The notes below the pieces were generated by a model. It made no database searches and was not told the DNA's origin. It saw only the letters and a program-made list of their open reading frames with translations. A program made the position numbers and the translations under genes. From the UHGV virus genome UHGV-0015611: a stretch of DNA of 41,779 nucleotides, one strand, 5' to 3'. The stretch comes from a virus. Numbering within the stretch: position 1 is the first letter of the stretch; each line of letters starts with the position of its first letter. Positions 36,606 through 41,779 of the stretch are shown piece after piece.

Positions 36606-37077
36606 TTTCTTTTTTTACTCTTGTAACTATAGATTTTTTGTAAGTAACATCCATAAAAGGTTTTATTTCATTTAAGGTGATTTCTTGGCTGTTGTATAAT
36701 GCGTCAAGTTTTTCTTTGTTAACTTGTCTAGTAACCTCAAAGAATTCTTTAACATCTTGTGGTTTAATGTCATGCTCTCTAAAAACATTAAGTAAGCCTT
36801 TCCAATCGTTAACCTTATACTCTGTGTCAATGAATTTATTTCCTAATGTTTTAGGGAGTTCTTTAAACATTGCCTTTACATTGTATGTAACAAAGACCCT
36901 GTCTTGAACAAATACCTGGCCGTTATCGCTTCTTAAACTACTAGTGCCTGACTTTTCAAAGTAGTTAGCCATGATGGACTTCTTTTCTGCCTTTATCTGC
37001 TCCAACCTATCTATTTCTTTTTGGGTGTTTAACAATTCATCAAATACTTTATTGATGTCAATCTTCTTTTTTGCCAT
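36598..37077 (-). CDS. Hypothetical protein (159 aa, start MAKKKIDINK), possibly a replication or recombination accessory protein
   Basis: RBS AAGGAGGG precedes the ATG at 37077. The track ORF extends to 37167. Confidence 0.35.
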   Translation of the reverse strand: MAKKKIDINKVFDELLNTQKEIDRLEQIKAEKKSIMANYFEKSGTSSLRSDNGQVFVQDRVFVTYNVKAMFKELPKTLGNKFIDTEYKVNDWKGLLNVFREHDIKPQDVKEFFEVTRQVNKEKLDALYNSQEITLNEIKPFMDVTYKKSIVTRVKKENE

Positions 37078-37327
37078 GATTTGTGCCCTCCTTTTGTTTT
37101 GTGTATATAAGTGAGTTGTAAACTCCTTTAGGGTATTTAGAGCCTTTCTTGACCCAAACAATATCATTTTTACTTATTGTGTATATTGAGTTATTTAGTG
37201 TTTTAACAACATAATTATTGGGGTCAATTTCTATAACTTTGCCTGTAAGCATATAATTGCCAAGTTTAAAGGCTATGTTACTTCCTAAAGTTATTGAGTT
37301 TATAAAGTCTTCCTTAGTTTTAACCAA
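37058..37327 (-). CDS. Hypothetical protein (89 aa)
   Basis: RBS AAAGGAGG. It is preceded by the leader-ORF and hairpin element. Confidence 0.35.
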   Translation of the reverse strand: MVKTKEDFINSITLGSNIAFKLGNYMLTGKVIEIDPNNYVVKTLNNSIYTISKNDIVWVKKGSKYPKGVYNSLIYTKQKEGTNHGKKED

Positions 37328-37361
37328 TATGAAAACCTCCTTTCATTAAACTACATAAAAT

Positions 37362-37391
37362 ACAGGACGGTTTAGGGTCCTGTATGTATCA
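37362..37391 (-). terminator. Intrinsic-terminator-like hairpin placed just after the stop codon of a 9-codon leader ORF
   Basis: Stem ACAGGAC/GTCCTGT (7 bp, at 37362-37368 and 37377-37383) with an 8-nt loop. On the minus strand it is followed by ATTTTATGTAGTTT. The leader ORF MLITYLHLP spans 37389-37418 and has RBS AAGGAGGA. Confidence 0.4.
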
Positions 37392-37460
37392 TGGCAAGTG
37401 TAAGTATGTAATTAACATTTGGGCTCCTCCTTAAGAGTAGTAAATTTGGGGTGTGTATGT

Positions 37461-37489
37461 ATCATACCACTAAATTATAAGTTTGTAAA
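37461..37489 (-). promoter_or_regulatory. Sigma-A-type promoter P2 (-10 TGgTATGAT)
   Basis: -10 at 37461-37466, 17-bp spacer, -35 TTTACA at 37484-37489. Confidence 0.5.
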
Positions 37490-37545
37490 TGGTTACTTGT
37501 AAGGGAAGTTAGCCATATAGTTCCTTTCCCTTTGTGTCAGGAACA

Positions 37546-37574
37546 ATTATATCACATAAAGTTTAATTTGTAAA
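37546..37574 (-). promoter_or_regulatory. Sigma-A-type promoter P1 (-10 TGATATAAT), in tandem with P2
   Basis: -10 at 37546-37551, 17-bp spacer, -35 TTTACA at 37569-37574. Confidence 0.6.
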
Positions 37575-37600
37575 TGGGTAAATTAAAAATATTTTTTAAA

Positions 37601-37702
37601 GGGCCTAATTTGACGTATAAGGCATTTTATTTTGGTAAAGGCATAATATCATTAAGGAAGGATTTTCTTTTCTTATACGGCTTATTAAGGCCCTTATACG
37701 GC
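37601..37702. repeat. Inverted pair of the dispersed intergenic element, lying upstream of promoters P1 and P2
   Basis: Left copy at 37601-37640 (GGGCCTAATTTGACGTATAAGGCATTTT...). Right copy at 37664-37702 (TTTTCTTTTCTTATACGGCTTATTAAGGCCCTTATACGGC). Confidence 0.5.
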
Positions 37703-37710
37703 ATATTAAG

Positions 37711-37896
37711 TTATTCCTTGTTACACTCATTATTAATTATGCGAGTCTTATCTGGCTTAGTGAAAAAGAATGTCATAATTGAGCCATATGTTGTGCAATA
37801 AAGGGCCAAAATTTCTTTAGGCGGATTTATTGGTAAGAACATACAAGCTACAAGAACTAAAGTAAGTATGATGGTAACAAAGCTTCTTACATTCAT
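37711..37896 (-). CDS. Putative holin (61 aa, two transmembrane segments)
   Basis: Hydrophobic stretches FVTIILTLVLVACMFL and ILALYCTTYGSIMTFFF. It is downstream of the endolysin gene. Confidence 0.4.
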   Translation of the reverse strand: MNVRSFVTIILTLVLVACMFLPINPPKEILALYCTTYGSIMTFFFTKPDKTRIINNECNKE

Positions 37897-37897
37897 T

Positions 37898-38209
37898 TTA
37901 CTGCTCCTCCTTATGTAAGGGTAAATTACGGACTTGATTGATTAAGTTATCTAGCTGGCCATTCCAGCCTACTCGTTTATACAAATTATGATAGTCCTCG
38001 GCGTATTGCTTTTCTGCATAAGATGCCTCCCCGATTTCCACTAAATCCCTTAGATAGCGAGTTAAGCTCTCCATTGCTAAAAACTTTAGGATTTCATGTT
38101 CTATGTTATTCTTTTCTTCTTTCTTCCAACGGTGCTCTAAGTAAACTATGAATATACCTGAGCTACTTAGGCATGGGATTAAAATGTTAAGAAAAATGTC
38201 AGTAACCAT
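37898..38209 (-). CDS. Membrane protein (103 aa, one N-terminal transmembrane helix), holin/antiholin-like
   Basis: N-terminal hydrophobic helix IFLNILIPCLSSSGIFIVYL. Its ATG overlaps the endolysin stop (ATGA). Confidence 0.35.
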   Translation of the reverse strand: MVTDIFLNILIPCLSSSGIFIVYLEHRWKKEEKNNIEHEILKFLAMESLTRYLRDLVEIGEASYAEKQYAEDYHNLYKRVGWNGQLDNLINQVRNLPLHKEEQ

Positions 38210-38844
38210 TATTTGTCCTTTCTCATTAACATAGTAATTACTTGCTCTCTTGTAGTATAGCCTTTTGGTCTTGTGCCATCTGTAATACCTTTGTTTATAG
38301 CTTGGTTCCAGTAGGGCTTAGCCCATGAGCTTACCTGGGAATCATTTGCAGCAAGCTCTTCTTTAATTACTTCCTTAATAAAATTCTTAAGCTCTTCGTT
38401 TGTCATTGTTGTAAGCACATCCTCCTTTATGTTTAATAAGTAGGGAGTAGGATTTATTGGAATGCCATTTAACAGAAGCTCAAAATGTAAATGTTTAGCT
38501 ATTTTAAGAGTTTTGCTAGAATTTCCCATAACTCCTATTTGCTGACCTGCATAAACCTTAGAGCCTACTGAAAGTAAACTTTGCTCCTTTAAGTGTTGGT
38601 ATAACGTGCTGTATCCTGAGTTGTGGGAAATAACTAAAACCCAACCTCTTGTGTCATTCCAATAATTACGAGTAATGGTTCCTGGGGCTACACATAATAT
38701 TGGGGTTTCTACAAGGTCTTTGTTAGCTCCTAAATCTACTCCTTTGTGATTTGTTGTTGCCCCAGAAATATTTGTTTTACGTGGGCCATAGCTTCCTGTT
38801 ATACGTAAAGGAATTACTGGCAAACTGTTAAATACCATAAACAA
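38209..38844 (-). CDS. Endolysin: M23 peptidase with a C-terminal SLH-like cell-wall-binding domain
   Basis: M23 motifs HKGVD and HLHFE. The C-terminal SSWAKPYWNQAINKGITDGTRPKGYTTREQVITML resembles the S-layer-homology consensus. Confidence 0.55.
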   Translation of the reverse strand: MFMVFNSLPVIPLRITGSYGPRKTNISGATTNHKGVDLGANKDLVETPILCVAPGTITRNYWNDTRGWVLVISHNSGYSTLYQHLKEQSLLSVGSKVYAGQQIGVMGNSSKTLKIAKHLHFELLLNGIPINPTPYLLNIKEDVLTTMTNEELKNFIKEVIKEELAANDSQVSSWAKPYWNQAINKGITDGTRPKGYTTREQVITMLMRKDK

Positions 38845-38901
38845 CCCTTTCTAAAATAATAGGGCAGGTTTGGGCCTGCCCAAAAGAGGATAGAAAAATG
38901 T

Positions 38902-39132
38902 TTACAGGTCTTTTACAACCTGATTAAAATCTTCCCAGTTAAATGTATCTGCCCCTTCAAATGGGTAAACAATGGTTTCCCCTGCATTGTGCTGTTTTGC
39001 ATTGGCTAAGAGCATATCGAAAAGTACGTTAAGGTCATACTCACTACCATCTTCCTTTTTGTTAAGTTTGCTGATTTCAACAAGAACTGGGAAATAATGG
39101 TGAATAGCCTCCAAACGGTTTTTAAGAAACAT
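38902..39132 (-). CDS. Hypothetical protein (76 aa, start MFLKNR)
   Basis: RBS AAGGAGG lies 7 nt before the ATG at 39132. The track ORF extends to 39201. Confidence 0.3.
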   Translation of the reverse strand: MFLKNRLEAIHHYFPVLVEISKLNKKEDGSEYDLNVLFDMLLANAKQHNAGETIVYPFEGADTFNWEDFNQVVKDL

Positions 39133-39151
39133 AATGCAACCTCCTTGCTTT

Positions 39152-40297
39152 TTATTTCTCCAAAATTTGAACTTTCTTTTCTTTCTGGATCCAATCAACA
39201 TAGCAGTTAAGAGCCTCAGCTATAAAACGAATGGGAACCAATGTTCTATTGTTTTTGTCAATGTAAGGGGCTACATCCAAGTAAGTTTTTAAGCCATTTA
39301 CGTAAGCTATGTCACTACCTGTTGTTAGAGTTATTCTATTAGCCCCTTTATCGATAATAACAGTAATTGATTTGTTGTCGTTCATTCTCCAATAGACTTT
39401 AGCTCCAAGGGCCTCTGAGATAACCCTAATAGGAACCATGATTCTCCCTTGATTGTTAACTGGCTTTGTGTCCATTGTGTAGCTCTCCCCATCAATGAAG
39501 TACTCATTTGTAGTAGTTTTCATTGTAATGTACTTTTTGTTCCAATCGGGTAACACTGGCATTCCCCAACCGGTGTATCTATCATGGCCAGGACCTTCTA
39601 AATCAGTACAAATCATTTTAAGGTATTGATGTGTTTCCTGTTGGCTCATATGACCATATCTTTGCATTAACATGGAGATTTGTCCTGCCAATGCTGGAGT
39701 AGAAGCTGATGTCCCCGAGTACCATAGAACCAATTGGGAAAAGTCAATGTCCTCCCCTACTGAAGAGTAGTTAGCTCTTTCTATAACTTCAGGCTGGCCC
39801 TTATATTTAATAAGGTTTAAAGCCCCTACCACATGGGAGATTTCTGTAGGGAATTTAGCATTAGTAGTATCCTTGTCTTTATCCCTTGCCTCCCCTTCGT
39901 TACCAGCGCATTGGCAAATAACAAGATTGTACTTTTTAGCAAGGTATCTAATGTACTCCTGCCATTCTTTGCAAGGATTATATCCTACTTTAGAGGAAGT
40001 TATAATATCAATTTTATACTTTTTGATAAACTCCTCCATGCCTAAATCCCTTTTTGTTAAAGGGTCTGAAATTGAAAGGGAAAGGATTTTGTCCCCTTCT
40101 GTTGTAAGGTTTATGCTTCCCCAGTAAACAAAAGCATGTGGATTTACATCTAGCACTATTTGTCCGGTGCAGGCTCCGTGATTAGCATTCTCCTCGATGT
40201 TCCAGACGTTTACTGGATTTATGTTGTAGAAGTGCTGCCTCCATTGGGTAACTCCCATTAAAGGAAGTTGTTTGTTAAGGTCTTGTTGTTTACTCAT
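39152..40297 (-). CDS. Subtilisin-like serine peptidase (S8 family) with two copper-amine-oxidase-N-terminal-like cell-wall-binding repeats
   Basis: Ser motif GTSASTPALAGQ. Oxyanion-hole motif AGNEG. His motif HGACTGQ. The C-terminus carries the duplicated repeats IMVPIRVISEALGAKVYW and TLVPIRFIAEALNCYVDW. Confidence 0.5.
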   Translation of the reverse strand: MSKQQDLNKQLPLMGVTQWRQHFYNINPVNVWNIEENANHGACTGQIVLDVNPHAFVYWGSINLTTEGDKILSLSISDPLTKRDLGMEEFIKKYKIDIITSSKVGYNPCKEWQEYIRYLAKKYNLVICQCAGNEGEARDKDKDTTNAKFPTEISHVVGALNLIKYKGQPEVIERANYSSVGEDIDFSQLVLWYSGTSASTPALAGQISMLMQRYGHMSQQETHQYLKMICTDLEGPGHDRYTGWGMPVLPDWNKKYITMKTTTNEYFIDGESYTMDTKPVNNQGRIMVPIRVISEALGAKVYWRMNDNKSITVIIDKGANRITLTTGSDIAYVNGLKTYLDVAPYIDKNNRTLVPIRFIAEALNCYVDWIQKEKKVQILEK

Positions 40298-40321
40298 AAT
40301 GGCCCTCCTATATAAATGTGA

Positions 40322-40430
40322 TGTATAAGGTCCCTAACAGGCCGTATGGTAAAAGTTTTTGACTTAGTAGTGTATTTTATAAGGAGTGATATTTTCTTTC
40401 CTTATACGGCCTGTTAGGGACCTTATAGGA
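40322..40430. repeat. Inverted pair of the dispersed ~40-bp intergenic element. The 24-bp perfect inverted repeats at 40324-40347 and 40404-40427 flank an 56-bp AT-rich core.
   Basis: TATAAGGTCCCTAACAGGCCGTAT and ATACGGCCTGTTAGGGACCTTATA are exact reverse complements. Confidence 0.6.
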
Positions 40431-40433
40431 ACC

Positions 40434-40658
40434 CTACATTTTTTTGATTAACCATTTAGCAGTTTCTTCATCTGTAGCTACCATAAGAGCTTCATATAAA
40501 TTGTCTGTAGTAGCTTCAAATAATTTAAAATCCTCTGTTATAGCTGCTGCGTGTACGCAATCAAAGTCATTTGATGGGGTATAGAACTCCTCGATTATGA
40601 TTCTGGATTTAGCAAATTTGCCCCAGCCGATATCCTCAAATGTTGTCGTCTTTTTCAT
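40434..40658 (-). CDS. Hypothetical acidic protein (74 aa)
   Basis: An ORF that follows the promoter at 40704-40732. Confidence 0.3.
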   Translation of the reverse strand: MKKTTTFEDIGWGKFAKSRIIIEEFYTPSNDFDCVHAAAITEDFKLFEATTDNLYEALMVATDEETAKWLIKKM

Positions 40659-40703
40659 TTTCTTTTCCTCCTTAAGATGTGTGTTATTGTTTATTGCAAT
40701 TGC

Positions 40704-40732
40704 ATTATATCAGAGGAGGAGTAGTTTGTAAA
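40704..40732 (-). promoter_or_regulatory. Sigma-A-type promoter with an UP-like tract
   Basis: -10 TGATATAAT at 40704-40709, 17-bp spacer, -35 TTTACA at 40727-40732. Confidence 0.6.
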
Positions 40733-40748
40733 TGAGTTTTTAAAGTTT

Positions 40749-41189
40749 TTAATAAAACAATGTTGAAAAAGTTTGCACATCATTATTGGTATCACTAAAA
40801 AAGCTGGATGTTCTCGTTATCACTGTGTAAATTCCAGCAGTTGTAATATTTACAGAGTTATAAGGGACAACCACATCTTCACTGTCATCCGTGGGCCTAG
40901 CAATAAGTTTTGTATAAACTTGCTCTCCATTGATTAAAACCGAAAAAGTAACATCACTTCTTCCAGAAGCATGGGTTCCACTATTGAAATGGAAAACCAT
41001 GCTTCCTTTTAAAATATCATTTGAAGAAATAATCAAAGAGTGCTCTACATCATTTGTTTTATTTTGGTTTTTCCCCCAAGAAGTATCTAAATCCAAACTT
41101 GATATCATTTTATTTGAAGCGTAATTTGATAGGGCTTCTAAAGTAACAATGTTAGAGTTACTCCAATTTTGTTGTAAAGCTGTTGCCAT
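40749..41189 (-). CDS. Putative tail fibre/receptor-binding accessory protein (146 aa, Ser/Thr/Asn-rich)
   Basis: Composition. If the sequence is circular it lies directly downstream of the fibre gene. Confidence 0.3.
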   Translation of the reverse strand: MATALQQNWSNSNIVTLEALSNYASNKMISSLDLDTSWGKNQNKTNDVEHSLIISSNDILKGSMVFHFNSGTHASGRSDVTFSVLINGEQVYTKLIARPTDDSEDVVVPYNSVNITTAGIYTVITRTSSFFSDTNNDVQTFSTLFY

Positions 41190-41201
41190 TATAACCTCCT
41201 T

Positions 41202-41747
41202 TTAAGAAATGGATAACCAGATTTTTTTGACAACCATTGTGGCTGTATATTGGGAAGAACTTGTTGAGCCATATGTATCACAAACAAGTTGTATGTTGAA
41301 GCTATCGCCTAATGCTCCAAGCTGGGATAAATTATTAGAAATTTCTTGGTCATAAAATACCTCAGAATTAGAGTGATTTTGCCCAGTAAACATAGTTTGG
41401 CCAAAAGATGAAATGGAGCAATTAGCCTTAGCAGAGCTACCTATCTTGTATGAAATTGAAAAATTTATTGTATTGTAAATTCCCAAGTTTAATGAAAATA
41501 GACTTCCATTATTATTTGAAAAAGTAACAGAAGCCCCTGCAGAGCCATATTTGTTTATTATGCTGTAAATCTCTATGTTGCCATCTTGTAAAATAGCATA
41601 AGAATGTGCATATTGTACTCCAGAATCTACATTGAAAATTAAACTGCCAAGCCCTTGAACTGTCCCATTCCCAAATATAGTATAAGTTAAACCCCTATAA
41701 TCCAAATACTGCAAAGCATAAGGGGATTTATTAAATAGTGTAGCCAT
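41202..41747 (-). CDS. Putative tail fibre/receptor-binding protein (181 aa, Ser/Gly/Asn-rich)
   Basis: Composition. RBS AAAGGTG. It sits 23 nt after the inferred stop of the gene that crosses the junction. Confidence 0.3.
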   Translation of the reverse strand: MATLFNKSPYALQYLDYRGLTYTIFGNGTVQGLGSLIFNVDSGVQYAHSYAILQDGNIEIYSIINKYGSAGASVTFSNNNGSLFSLNLGIYNTINFSISYKIGSSAKANCSISSFGQTMFTGQNHSNSEVFYDQEISNNLSQLGALGDSFNIQLVCDTYGSTSSSQYTATMVVKKIWLSIS

Positions 41748-41779
41748 TCCAACACCTTTTGTTAAAATTTCATTTACTG

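Noticed and set aside
37574-37801. Plus-strand 75-aa ORF in the early leader region
   Set aside because: It overlaps the promoter and dispersed-element region and the holin-like gene on the opposite strand, and has no RBS
40351-40392. Plus-strand TTGACT...TATAAG promoter-like hexamers inside the inverted-repeat core
   Set aside because: The spacer is 13 nt, not 16-18, and there is no plus-strand gene downstream
1-41779. Search for tRNA genes, integrase, repressor, reverse transcriptase (DGR or retron) or toxin-antitoxin pairs
   Set aside because: No intergenic segment is long or structured enough for a tRNA apart from the assigned repeats. No tyrosine or serine recombinase, RT or HTH-repressor motifs were recognised in any ORF. 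Absence cannot be proven without profile searches.

Overview
This window looks like a near-complete or complete genome of a contractile-tailed phage of a low-GC Firmicutes/Clostridia host. It is AT-rich, uses strong GGAGG ribosome-binding sites, and its endolysin carries an SLH-type cell-wall-binding domain. Every credible gene (about 65) is on the minus strand, so transcription runs from high to low coordinates. The plus-strand ORFs in the track look like antisense or low-complexity artefacts. The minus-strand ORF that starts at 594 is still open at position 1. Reading its frame across the junction to 41779 adds one codon (CAG) and then a TAA, 23 nt before the RBS of the 41202..41747 gene, so the sequence is probably circular or circularly permuted. 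The order along the minus strand is:
- late/structural genes from about 25976 down to 1: RNase H, terminase small and large subunits, portal, a 3D-domain protein, an SPP1 gp7/Mu F-like head morphogenesis protein, a putative prohead protease, scaffold, major capsid protein, head-tail connectors, sheath, tube, a tail chaperone with a -1 frameshift, tape measure protein, an M23 tail lysin, a gp25-like protein, baseplate J, a gpI-like protein and a fibre;
- a lysis/host-interaction cluster from 41747 down to 37711: two Ser/Thr/Asn-rich fibre-like proteins, an S8 subtilase with cell-wall-binding repeats, an M23-SLH endolysin and two holin-like transmembrane proteins;
- an early/replication block from 37327 down to 26399: DnaG-like primase, a gp32-like ssDNA-binding protein, P-loop dNMP kinase, MazG-like dNTP pyrophosphatase, an unknown 250-aa protein, a divergent ThyA-family enzyme, DnaE-like polymerase, RecA-like recombinase, a PD-(D/E)XK nuclease with a Cys cluster and a RuvC-like resolvase.
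No integrase or repressor is visible, which fits a virulent lifestyle. Four non-coding signals stand out:
- a sigma-A promoter family of at least 11 copies with a fixed architecture (TTTACA, 17-bp spacer, TGnTATAAT);
- a second dispersed intergenic repeat family of about 40 bp with at least 13 copies in both orientations, often as inverted pairs;
- a 330-bp repeat-dense non-coding region that looks like an origin of replication;
- a programmed -1 frameshift in the tail assembly chaperone.
The strongest candidate for an undescribed system is the ThyA-like / unknown / MazG-like / dNMP-kinase module, which suggests a non-canonical, probably thymidine-replacing, DNA base. The second candidate is the dispersed repeat family.
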